From Spirochaetota bacterium (lineage in GTDB: Bacteria; Spirochaetota; UBA4802; UBA5550), in NCBI GenBank assembly GCA_050298055.1, contig JBNKTL010000043.1, positions 1 to 44,769 on the forward strand: a stretch of 44,769 nt of DNA, written 5' to 3'. Shown here in pieces: positions 9,067 to 17,837 of the stretch (position 1 is the first letter of the stretch; every line of letters begins with the position of its first letter). Both the position numbers and the translations under genes were made by a program. The notes under the pieces were generated by a model that was not told where the DNA came from, did not search any database, and saw only the letters and a program-made list of their open reading frames with translations.

Positions 9067-9511
9067 AAAAGAATCTCATGACGGAATTTCTCAACCGTGA
9101 TCCGGATAAACCTACATTATGTGATTTATATAGAGGTCACAAAAATTGTATAGTCGAAACGTTTTTAGGTGAAGAAGACTATAATGAGAAACTGGCTGTC
9201 GAAAATGAAGAAATGGCAAAACACGCGAAAAAATATTTTAAGGATGAAGATGAATAGGGTATTTTAATAGCAGATAAAAACGTGAATAAGTTGTTTTTTA
9301 CCTCTGCGTGAAGAGGGGAACTCTTCCGGCATGGGGGAAAGTGAGTGATCTCTGCGCCCTCTGTGTGAAATTTCTTCTTCCTCTTCTTTTACGGACTTTG
9401 CGGTTAAATATATTTATTTAAAAAACTGCTTATATACCGAAAAAAATTTTTATATTTTCCCTCCTCGATCGTATTAATACAAAACACTTAATCAATCAAC
9501 GGAACAACTCA

Positions 9512-10408
9512 ATGACAAAAAAGAAAAAACTCTCACAGGATGGGATGATAAAGGGCCTGATCCGTGACTATCCCGAAGATGCCCTGGAGTTCTTCGAGCC
9601 GGAAATTTATAAGAGATACGGGAAACCGGTTTCAGTGGAGTTTCATATCCAGGAAAACAAAAAGCATCATCACCGGGATCTCAAACTCATCAATGATATT
9701 GCGGTGATCTACCGGTTCAAAAACAGGAAAAATATTGTCCTTACACTTGTAGAACACTGGTCCCAAAAATCAAAGTTTGACATACACAGATTTGCCCAAT
9801 ATCTTATCGACCTGGATTTCCAATTTCCCGGATATGAAAAGCTGCCTGTTGCCCTTTTCACCGATGAAGCGAAAAAATGGGACAAAGATATCCGGCGGGA
9901 GATAACAATTAAATGCCTTGATAAAGTCTATATGAGCTTTACCTTCAGACTTATCAGAATGAAAGATCACGAAGCGGAAAAATACAGGGAGACTAAAAAC
10001 AGGTTTCTGGCAGTACTCAAGTCTGCTATGAGATGGGACAGAGATGATAAAATATTTCTTGCGGTTGATTTCATTAAAAATTACACTGATATTGAAAAGG
10101 AAATAAAAATCGCAATAAAGAATATTGACATAATTGAATATTATCTGCATATTGATGATATTGAAAAAGAAAGGATTACGGATATATTAGAAGGGAAGAA
10201 GGAGTCAAATATGATTGTCGAAGAATTAATTAAAAAAGGCAAAATAGAAGGTAAAATTGAAGGTAAAATTGAAGGTAAAAATGAAGGCATTCTGGAAGGC
10301 AGACTAAAAGACGCCAGGAAAATGCATGAAAAAGGCTTCTCCCTTGAAGACATTATCGATATAACCGAACTCTCAAAAGAAGAATTGAAAAATGCGGGAA
10401 TTTATTGA
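9512..10408 (+). CDS. Rpn family PD-(D/E)xK nuclease (recombination-promoting nuclease/putative transposase)
   Basis: QDGMIKGLI...FFEP, D...VEHWS, and typical C-terminal GKIEGKIEG repeats plus a ...IIDITELS tail. Confidence 0.8.
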   Translation: MTKKKKLSQDGMIKGLIRDYPEDALEFFEPEIYKRYGKPVSVEFHIQENKKHHHRDLKLINDIAVIYRFKNRKNIVLTLVEHWSQKSKFDIHRFAQYLIDLDFQFPGYEKLPVALFTDEAKKWDKDIRREITIKCLDKVYMSFTFRLIRMKDHEAEKYRETKNRFLAVLKSAMRWDRDDKIFLAVDFIKNYTDIEKEIKIAIKNIDIIEYYLHIDDIEKERITDILEGKKESNMIVEELIKKGKIEGKIEGKIEGKNEGILEGRLKDARKMHEKGFSLEDIIDITELSKEELKNAGIY

Positions 10409-10416
10409 GTGATAAA

Positions 10417-10670
10417 TGGGATGCAGCAGAGCACCTTGATACAGAAGACGATATGGCTGCGATCCCTCATTGATTGCGGCAGCGCTGGGTGATATTGCAA
10501 GAGCAAAAGGAATGTCAGAAATCGCGGAACAAACAGGTCTTGGCAGGGAAAGCCTCTACAAAGCATTATCCCCGGAAGGAAATCCGGAATTTGCTACGGT
10601 CTTAAAAGTCGTTAATGCGCTGGGTTTATAAACTGCATGCTGTCCCGGATAAAATTAAATTTACTGCCTG
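10417..10670 (+). pseudogene. Addiction-module antidote protein (HI1420-like HTH) remnant
   Basis: WDAAEHLDTEDDMAA / ALGDIARAKGMSEIAEQTGLGRESLYKALSPEGNPEFATVLKVVNALG in broken frames with no start. Confidence 0.8.
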
Positions 10671-10719
10671 ACAATAGATTCAATACAAACAAAACCAGAA
10701 ATCTGATCAAAACTGAACA

Positions 10720-10944
10720 TTGTATGAAAAATACACAGGTTGTTTTTTGATTGATTATGATAATGGAGAGCATGGCGTGCTTGATATGAAGCCTTTTCTC
10801 GATTTCGGAATTTTTCAGCGCTTAAAAGACTACGATATTTTTAAACATGTTCGGGTATCTTTTGATACGGTAGAGAGGGAATCCGGGATCGATCTCGACC
10901 CCGAGTTTGTGTATGAGAAGTGTAACCGTACTGGCTTGGATTGA
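10720..10944 (+). pseudogene. DUF2442 (DhiA-like antitoxin), N-terminally eroded
   Basis: YDNGEHGVLDMKPFLDFGIFQRLKD...VRVSFDTV...GIDLDPEFVY. Confidence 0.7.
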
Positions 10945-11029
10945 AATACATAAAGATGATTTGCTCGCGGATTGGGAACTTGCCGTTAATGGTAAAACGC
11001 CATTTAAAATCAGGGGATTAGATCAATGA
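10931..11029 (+). pseudogene. DUF4160 (DhiT-like toxin) C-terminal fragment
   Basis: LAWIEIHKDDLLADWELAVNGKTPFKIRGLDQ*, with ATGA overlap to the next gene. Confidence 0.8.
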
Positions 11030-11256
11030 GAATTGCTAAAATTATACCCAATCAGGATTATACTCTCCAAATTATTACAGAAGACGGTAAAACCGGGATT
11101 TTCGATGTCAGTCCATATTTAGAACTGGAAGCTTTTACCGAATTAAAAAAACAGGATGCTTTTCAAAAAGTAACAAATGGCCGTTATTTTATTGAATGGG
11201 ATTGTGGTGCTGATTTATCAGCCGATAGAATCGAAGCTCATTTAAAAAGTGCGTAA
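11026..11256 (+). CDS. DUF2442 domain protein (DhiA-like antitoxin)
   Basis: DYTLQI...FDVSPYL...IEWDCGADLSAD. Confidence 0.85.
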   Translation: MRIAKIIPNQDYTLQIITEDGKTGIFDVSPYLELEAFTELKKQDAFQKVTNGRYFIEWDCGADLSADRIEAHLKSA

Positions 11257-11492
11257 TAATGAAATACGGAAGCTATAGATGGCTTCTTAAAAATGCGGAA
11301 AAATTTGGTCATCTGCCTTCTGGCTTCAACAGTCGGCTGTTTCATGAAATTCATACCTGTATTACTCTTGACAATTTGTCCGCATCATCTAACATAAGGA
11401 TGTGATGTGGTGTTAGCGCATTATTAAAAAACAAAGTGCGCCTGGTTTTTCTGATTATAAAGAGATAACATTTTTATAAGTGCTATTAATAT

Positions 11493-11527
11493 GCCCATAT
11501 TCTGGGTAGTGGTTTAGTAAGACGCTA
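11493..11527 (+). repeat. attI-like copy B
   Basis: 30/35 identical to 2236-2270; core GTT changed to GCT. Confidence 0.85.
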
Positions 11528-11644
11528 TGCGTAAAAGGTGTCGCTTTGAGTAGGGAAGATTGGTACAGAAACGTTAAATTGAAAATAAACCCGCGTTTTG
11601 ATTGAAACTTCATATATTCGCGGGACGCTATTGGAGAAGATATC

Positions 11645-12574
11645 ATGAAAGAAGCCATTAAAACTACCGTGACAATATCCGCGTTTACGATCGTTTTCCT
11701 CGTTCTGTTTTCATGCGCGAAACCCGACGCTCAGCCCTCCGGCGATCAGCCCTCCGGTGATCAGCACTCCGGCGATCAGCCGTTCCAGCATAATCCAATC
11801 AGCGAAAACTTCGATGCAGCCGATAAGCCTTCCTACGAAACAAAAACTTATGACGACAACGGTACCTCGCGGAGTTACGAACTTATGCTCCCATGGAACT
11901 ACGATAAAGATTACAACGCAGACAGGAACTATCCCCTGATGATTAATGTCCACTACTCGGGAAGCCTCGTTGCGGGTAAAACAGACAGAATGCAGGACTA
12001 TCCATGCTTTTGCCTGAATGCCGCTGCCAACAGCGATTGGGTTTACGCCATGGTTGCTGAACTGGTTGCCAACTATAGAATCGATACGAATAGGATCTAC
12101 CTGGCAGGATTCTCCGCTGGTGGTTCAGGTTCCTATCCTTTCGCTTCAAATCTGGAAGCGCAGCAGGGGCTAATCGTCGCAGGCATCGTCCGCTGTGCCG
12201 GCGGAAGTAACACCGCTTTATCCAATGCCATAGCGGGTAAAACCTCGGTCTGGTACCACGTAGGTCTGCAAGATTCCTACGACTTCGGATATGGTAACGG
12301 ATTATTAAGCGAAGACCCAAATGATGACAGGCGCATCTCCAACAAGGCCTACGGTTATGTCAAAGGCCTGGATACCAGTGTCGGAGCTGTTGAAACTGTA
12401 AAAATGGCGACTGTCTCGGGTTATGAACGCACCACCACCGCTCTAGGCCTGTCAGGAGTTGAGATCTTCAAAAGAAGCCATTACGCAGAAATGGGGCATA
12501 CCGGATCCCCGGCTTATGCTGATCAGGAAGTAGTGAAGTGGCTGTTCAACCAGCACCTGTCGAATCGAGATTGA
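11645..12574 (+). CDS. Lipoprotein with alpha/beta-hydrolase (esterase/peptidase) domain
   Basis: GGAG RBS, lipobox LFSC, RIDTNRIYLAGFSAGG nucleophile elbow, C-terminal MGH. Confidence 0.8.
   Translation: MKEAIKTTVTISAFTIVFLVLFSCAKPDAQPSGDQPSGDQHSGDQPFQHNPISENFDAADKPSYETKTYDDNGTSRSYELMLPWNYDKDYNADRNYPLMINVHYSGSLVAGKTDRMQDYPCFCLNAAANSDWVYAMVAELVANYRIDTNRIYLAGFSAGGSGSYPFASNLEAQQGLIVAGIVRCAGGSNTALSNAIAGKTSVWYHVGLQDSYDFGYGNGLLSEDPNDDRRISNKAYGYVKGLDTSVGAVETVKMATVSGYERTTTALGLSGVEIFKRSHYAEMGHTGSPAYADQEVVKWLFNQHLSNRD
11731..11790 (+). repeat. 15-bp coding tandem repeat, 4 copies (QPSGD)
   Basis: TCAGCCCTCCGGCGA / TCAGCCCTCCGGTGA / TCAGCACTCCGGCGA / TCAGCCGTTCCAGCA. Confidence 0.9.
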
Positions 12575-12765
12575 GATAAGGATCAGAAGAAATTAAAAAG
12601 TATGGTTTTTCTCATATATTAAAGGTTGAGGAGGAATGCTTGTGAATGGTCATCCAACAGACAAAACCACAAGTCATTTTAGTGGATATTTAATCCATAT
12701 TTTGGATTTATTCTGTATTAAAAATGATTTTTTACAATAAAAATTGAAAAGTGTTGAGTTTGATT

Positions 12766-12821
12766 CTTCTTGACTTCTTGCAATATGCCCTTATTCTGGA
12801 TGGCAGTTTAATAAGATATAC
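12766..12821 (+). repeat. attI-like copy C with sigma70-like promoter (TTGACT-N16-TATTCT)
   Basis: 12787-12817 is 27/31 identical to 2236-2266; GTT core lost. Confidence 0.8.
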
Positions 12822-12834
12822 TCAAAAGGATAAT

Positions 12835-13260
12835 ATGCAAATTATATCAATCGCTCTGACAGCCTCGTTTGTAATTATTGCAGTTTTTCATATTTTCTGG
12901 GCACTGGGTTTCAAATTCGATATCCGGAATATGGTACCTGTTGTAAACGGTGAACCTGTTCTTATTCCTGGCCCTGTTGGGACCTTTATTGTCGCGATTG
13001 TTTTGTTTTGCTTTGCAGGCGTTTCTCTGGCACTGGGCTATCCCGGCAAAGTGCCTGTCAGCTGTTTGCCGTTTCTGAAACCAGCAGGCTTTGCAATAGG
13101 AATCATACTGCTTTTAAGGGCCGTTGGAGATTTTAAATATGTTGGCTTTTTCAAAAGGATTAAATACAGCAATTTCGCAAAATATGACTACTGGTTGTAC
13201 TCTCCATTTTGTTTATTAAGTGGCGGGGCGCTTGTATACCTGGCAAAAAACTTAACATAA
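12835..13260 (+). CDS. DUF3995-like membrane protein
   Basis: FHIFWALG...LRAVGDFKYVGFFK...YSPFCL; AAGGA RBS. Confidence 0.8.
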   Translation: MQIISIALTASFVIIAVFHIFWALGFKFDIRNMVPVVNGEPVLIPGPVGTFIVAIVLFCFAGVSLALGYPGKVPVSCLPFLKPAGFAIGIILLLRAVGDFKYVGFFKRIKYSNFAKYDYWLYSPFCLLSGGALVYLAKNLT

Positions 13261-13380
13261 TAACTGCTTCCACAGAAACTTGCTCAACAGACTTGATGAC
13301 TGGGTTGATATACGCTCACCATCATTGAAGAAAATGAAATTTCATCTCTTAAAATTCTCCATAAAAGAAAGAATTCTATT

Positions 13381-13443
13381 CTTCTTGACATCGATTAAAA
13401 TACCCATATTCTGAATAGCAGTTTATTAAGATGTTATGCGGGA
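13381..13443 (+). repeat. attI-like copy D with sigma70-like promoter (TTGACA-N16-TATTCT) and intact GTT core
   Basis: 13402-13436 is 32/35 identical to 2236-2270. Confidence 0.88.
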
Positions 13444-13450
13444 TAGATAG

Positions 13451-14140
13451 ATGCGAATCTGGGATATTGACCCGGGCTATTTGAATCGTCAAAGTTTACT
13501 TGGGGAGCATCGGGAATTACATGCCCTGGTTTCAATTGTTGTAAATGGAAAACAGGGATATTCGCAACATCCGGAAACCATCAGGTGGCTGAAGTACGGC
13601 TGGGCTTTAAAATACCGGCACAAGCAGCTCTCCTGTTAAATGAAACTCAGGGGATATCATGATCAGTCACCGGTTCGAACCCGGTCAAATCCGGGATGCT
13701 GGCCGGCAGGATATATAGATACACCGGCTCATCAATTTGAAATACTTAAAGATAAGTACACCGGTAAGGAAAAAGGCCGGATTGAATTACCCTCAAGTGT
13801 GGAACAACTCTGGCGGCAGCATAAGTATTCCGTTCTTGCCCGTGATCCGGGTTTGTATAAGTCAATCGGGCAGAATGTGGCTCGTAAGAGAACCAATATG
13901 CCGGATTTATCCGAATTACTCGTGAAAATGTTACGAACGCCCCCCGGTGAAGGAGGCATGAGAAATGCCGTCCAACATATGTGGGGGTATGTTTCTCGTG
14001 GCTCCCCGGAAAAAAACGAAAAAATTAACAGATGGTCTACAGCAAGGCTCTTAAAAGAAACTCAAAAAAGAGCAATAGGGCAGGGCGAGCCGTATATTAT
14101 GAATTCTACTGCTTTGGGTGAGTTGATGGTGTGGCTCTAA
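13451..14140 (+). pseudogene. Pyrimidine-dimer DNA glycosylase-like / DUF1722 fusion with in-frame TAA at 13637-13639
   Basis: MRIWDIDPGYLNRQSLLGEHRELH...HPET; same-frame continuation MKLRGY...HKYSVLARD...NAVQHMWGY. Confidence 0.78.
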
Positions 14141-14166
14141 AGCGCATAATTTTTTATCTATTAAAT

Positions 14167-14222
14167 CTCTTGACGCTCATTGTTACGACCCATATTGTCA
14201 TCAGCTGAATAATAAGTTGCCG
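14167..14222 (+). repeat. Divergent attI-like copy E with promoter (TTGACG-N17-TATTGT)
   Basis: 14188-14219 matches copy D at 23/32 ungapped. Confidence 0.55.
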
Positions 14223-14359
14223 GATATAAGGAGCTTGAGAAGGAGAGAACATATAAGAAACGGCTCAAATATACACAGACAGCGCACACGTCAAAGCCGC
14301 TAAGTGGAATCACTGGCCTGGTATTATTGTAAGTGGTTTAGAATGTGAGAAGATATTTA

Positions 14360-14722
14360 ATGAAGAAAAAAATCTTTTTAATCGTAATACCTTTAATTTT
14401 CGCACTGTACGCTGCTTTAAGAATAAACACATTAAAACAAATAGACGCTTACAGCGATTCCTTCTTTAGAGAATTCTCACAATCAGGAGAAATGAAAATT
14501 CAAAAATATCTAAGCAAAAACCTGGAGCCGGGAAAAGCATCTTCTCTTCTCAAAAAACATAGTCAGGCAATTGCAAACTTTAATTTCAAAAGAACAAAGC
14601 CGGATATTAATCTTCTCCTTAACAGGGCAATCATAGATGTTACCTGGCATATAACAATTATATTTGAGAAAGAAAAAAATGATTGGATAATATCTGAACT
14701 CAAAGACTATGGAAATGATTAA
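14360..14722 (+). CDS. Hypothetical protein with N-terminal membrane anchor
   Basis: MKKKIFLIVIPLIFALYAAL... Confidence 0.65.
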   Translation: MKKKIFLIVIPLIFALYAALRINTLKQIDAYSDSFFREFSQSGEMKIQKYLSKNLEPGKASSLLKKHSQAIANFNFKRTKPDINLLLNRAIIDVTWHITIIFEKEKNDWIISELKDYGND

Positions 14723-14787
14723 ATAAACGTGATAAACAAATGGAAGAAAATAATTATAAGCCGCTGGGTATTTTTTGGAGTAAACAG

Positions 14788-15324
14788 ATGAACCTGTCCG
14801 AATACAAATTTAGTGATATTGAAGAAATAGAAAAACTATTCATTAAAGTTTTTTCAGATTCAGAAGGAGAATCAGAAGGATTCTTAATAGGAAAGTTGAC
14901 CCATGATCTGATGAGCACTACTGCTCCCGGAGACCTTTACGGATTTGTTGCCAGAGAAAATGGGCAAATTATCGGCAGCATCTTTTTTAGCAGATTTACG
15001 CTTGAATGCGAGGTCAGTGCTTTTATTTTGTCCCCCGTTGCCATACACACAGACTACCAGGGACAGGGCATTGGTCAAAAGTTGATTAACTATGGAATTA
15101 ACTATCTCAAAGAAAACGGGGTTGATTTGGTTTTTACCTATGGTGATCCCAATTTTTATAAGAAAGCAGGCTTTAGAAGTATTACCGAAGAAATAGTAAA
15201 AGCACCTTTTAAGTTGAAATATCCATTTGGCTGGCTTGGCCAGTCATTAGTCAGCAGCCATATTGAACCAATTAAAGGGAAAACATATTGTGTGGACGCA
15301 CTCAATAATCCCGAATATTGGTAG
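14788..15324 (+). CDS. GNAT family N-acetyltransferase (YhbS-like)
   Basis: LSPVAIHTDYQGQGIGQKLI, YGDPNFYKKAGF; GGAG RBS. Confidence 0.9.
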   Translation: MNLSEYKFSDIEEIEKLFIKVFSDSEGESEGFLIGKLTHDLMSTTAPGDLYGFVARENGQIIGSIFFSRFTLECEVSAFILSPVAIHTDYQGQGIGQKLINYGINYLKENGVDLVFTYGDPNFYKKAGFRSITEEIVKAPFKLKYPFGWLGQSLVSSHIEPIKGKTYCVDALNNPEYW

Positions 15325-15510
15325 AAAATAAAATTCGGATTTAAAAAAAGAAAACGGGTAGCAACTTGTTTTGGCGGATGGCAACGCACTTTACTATACC
15401 CGGTACAATTATTAATCATCTTACTCAGTATTAAACAATAATTTTGCCCAGCATTTAAATATTACATGTACCGTTGAAAAGATGTAGAAAAGAATAAGGT
15501 ATTTTAAATA

Positions 15511-15849
15511 ATGAATATATCAAAAAATGAACAGATAGCTGCAATTCTTGAAGCCAATGAGTGGGAATTAGCAGAAAAATGCGGGGTACATGGACCGCGT
15601 AAAATTCCCTGGAGTATCACAAAGAAAGATGTTTATCATTATATTGCCCAATACGGGTTTCCCAAAGGATGGGTATATTTTTCAGAGCAAACTTATGATG
15701 GAATCTATCTCCTGCAAATTGAAAATGAATGGAGTGTTTCATACAAGGAAAGAGGAATCATTCATTCCGAATCAAAATTTGCCACGAAAGGGGAAGCAAT
15801 GGATTTTCTTCTGGATGAATATTATCTTAAGAGAAATGGAATTTCATAA
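15511..15849 (+). CDS. Hypothetical protein
   Basis: 112 aa ORF with AAGGT RBS, ending in TCATAAC. Confidence 0.65.
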   Translation: MNISKNEQIAAILEANEWELAEKCGVHGPRKIPWSITKKDVYHYIAQYGFPKGWVYFSEQTYDGIYLLQIENEWSVSYKERGIIHSESKFATKGEAMDFLLDEYYLKRNGIS

Positions 15850-15861
15850 CATCAGAGAATA

Positions 15862-16000
15862 AACCGCCAGGACGCGAAGATCGTAAATAAAAGTTATTTA
15901 ATGTTAAATTATAAAATCTGTTTTTAATCAGAGAACTCAACATTCAACATTTAAAATTTACCATTCAATTTAACTTCGCGTCCTTTGTACTTTTGCGGTT
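15862..16000. repeat. Inverted pair of CGCnAAG-triplet repeats enclosing TTnAAnATT tracts
   Basis: AACCGCCAGGACGCGAAG ... CTTCGCGTCCTTTGTACTTTTGCGGTT. Confidence 0.7.
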
Positions 16001-16031
16001 CAAATTCGTTCTTAACCCGAAACCCGGAACT

Positions 16032-16556
16032 TTACCTTATTTCCGTGAATGAATCAATCATCTGCTGGTAGGTGGAATTGAACTCGTATTTCTGGCTCTT
16101 CAGTGTCCAGGTGAAGATCTGGTAAAAATGGGTCGGTGATTGGACCACGGCAATTTTATAGTAGATCCCCACATTGTTTCCCTTGAGCTTTCCCTCAAGA
16201 TCGGTCTGGTATATCTTCAGGTTCCCCCTGTTAGAGCTCTTGACTTTTTCGACATTTGCGTCTTTAAGGCCGGTTACGATATTAAAGACCGCCATCTTAT
16301 AATAGATACCCAGGTTGAGCTTCAAATTACCCCTGGCCAGGTCCTGAATAGACTCATCTATGACGATGACATACATCTCCTTTGAAGGGTTGAAATACTG
16401 GAGAGAGGCAATATTGTTCAGTTTGTTTGTTGTTTTCAGGCTGTCCGGCACGCTGATGGAGTAGAGTCCCTTGATAGTGACATTCCGCATTGAACTCTGA
16501 GCATTCAACCCGGTTACTAAAGTCAGAAGCAAGAGTAGAGCAGCAAATTTTTTCAT
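16032..16556 (-). CDS. Exported hypothetical protein
   Basis: Signal peptide MKKFAALLLLLTLVTGLNA; AAGGAG RBS. Confidence 0.8.
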   Translation of the reverse strand: MKKFAALLLLLTLVTGLNAQSSMRNVTIKGLYSISVPDSLKTTNKLNNIASLQYFNPSKEMYVIVIDESIQDLARGNLKLNLGIYYKMAVFNIVTGLKDANVEKVKSSNRGNLKIYQTDLEGKLKGNNVGIYYKIAVVQSPTHFYQIFTWTLKSQKYEFNSTYQQMIDSFTEIR

Positions 16557-16704
16557 GATTTATGACTCCTTTCATTAATTTCAAAATTAACGATATAATA
16601 TATCCTGAAAAGAATTTAATCAATAAAAATTTTTCCCGGAGAAAATTATTTATTCTCTTAAGGAAACCGGGACGGAAACCTATACAAAAGACCGAAAAAG
16701 TTCG

Positions 16705-16793
16705 GCCACAGATGCACGCAGATTAACGCGGATATTTATTTTATTCTTTTGTTTTTCTTCGTTTATCAGCGTCTATCTTCGTGCATCTGCGGC
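16705..16793. repeat. Inverted pair of CRCAGAT-triplet repeats
   Basis: GCCACAGATGCACGCAGATTAACGCGGAT ... ATCAGCGTCTATCTTCGTGCATCTGCGGC. Confidence 0.7.
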
Positions 16794-16934
16794 TCATTCT
16801 TCTTCATATTATTAGAAAAATAAGTGACTTCAACAGATTAATAATTTAAAAACAAATCGTTATTATAGATCAAAATAATCTTTTAAAATTGACTTGAACC
16901 GGAGACGCTTATCTGCTAATGATCATTTTTGACC

Positions 16935-17837
16935 ATGAAGATAGTGGAATCACATATTGTGCCGGACAGGGACCCGGGTCCCATCCTTGACAGGTATGTC
17001 CTTGATGTTTTTGGGGACAGGTATACGCGAAAATACCTGAGAAAGGCAATACGAAGGGGGCTCCTTGTTGTTAACGGAGAGCCCTCTGACCCCCTTTACA
17101 GGGTCAGGGGAGGGAACCGCCTGGATATCCTTGAAAAAGGGGCTGCCCCTCTTAAGAACTTTAAGCTGGAGCTGGAAATCCTCTATGAGGACAGTTACCT
17201 GGCTGTTGTGGAAAAGCTCCCCGGTTTCCCGGTAAACGGAAACAGGTTCAGGACAATAGAAAATGCCCTGCCTCAAAATCTTGAGAGATCGGAAAAAAAG
17301 GGGGCCCTGCAGGTCCCGAAGCCGGTCCACAGGCTCGATTCTTCCACCGGCGGCCTTCTTCTTGTTGCAAAAACATCCGGCGCGCTGAGCAGCCTGGCCC
17401 TCCAGTTCCAGGAAAAGAGGGTCAGCAAGAGATACCATGCCCTTGTTTCGGGGAGGATTGAGGGGAGGGGACTTGTAAAAAAACCTGTGAAAGGACGGTA
17501 TGCTGAAACAGAATACAGGGCCCTTGAAGAATGCGGGTCCCTGAAAAGCGGGTCTCTCACCCTTGTGGAACTGGACCCTCTCACCGGAAGGGAACACCAG
17601 CTGAGGATCCACATGAAGGAATTGGGATGTCCGATTGTTGGCGACTCCCTCTACGGGGAAACGGGGAAGACCCTCAGGGGAAAGGGACTCTTTCTCTGGG
17701 CTACGGGACTTGCCTTTGACCATCCTGAAACCGCTGAAAGGATCAGGGTCACCACGGACCTGCCCCCGAAGTTTAAAAAACACATGGAGCGAGAGCAGAG
17801 GCGCTGGGAGAAGTATAAGATTAATGATGAATTTTAA
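16935..17837 (+). CDS. RluA family pseudouridine synthase
   Basis: S4-like N-terminus, VHRLDSSTGG catalytic motif, TGREHQLRIH, PIVGD. Confidence 0.93.
   Translation: MKIVESHIVPDRDPGPILDRYVLDVFGDRYTRKYLRKAIRRGLLVVNGEPSDPLYRVRGGNRLDILEKGAAPLKNFKLELEILYEDSYLAVVEKLPGFPVNGNRFRTIENALPQNLERSEKKGALQVPKPVHRLDSSTGGLLLVAKTSGALSSLALQFQEKRVSKRYHALVSGRIEGRGLVKKPVKGRYAETEYRALEECGSLKSGSLTLVELDPLTGREHQLRIHMKELGCPIVGDSLYGETGKTLRGKGLFLWATGLAFDHPETAERIRVTTDLPPKFKKHMEREQRRWEKYKINDEF

Noticed and set aside
10237..10290. 12-bp tandem repeat as an independent element
   Set aside because: Ordinary GKIE repeat of Rpn C-termini
12751..12834. N-terminal extension of the DUF3995 ORF
   Set aside because: Overlaps promoter and attI copy C; the RBS supports ATG 12835
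2745..14222. CRISPR array interpretation of the attC or attI-like repeats
   Set aside because: Spacing is hundreds of bases with whole genes in between; no cas genes
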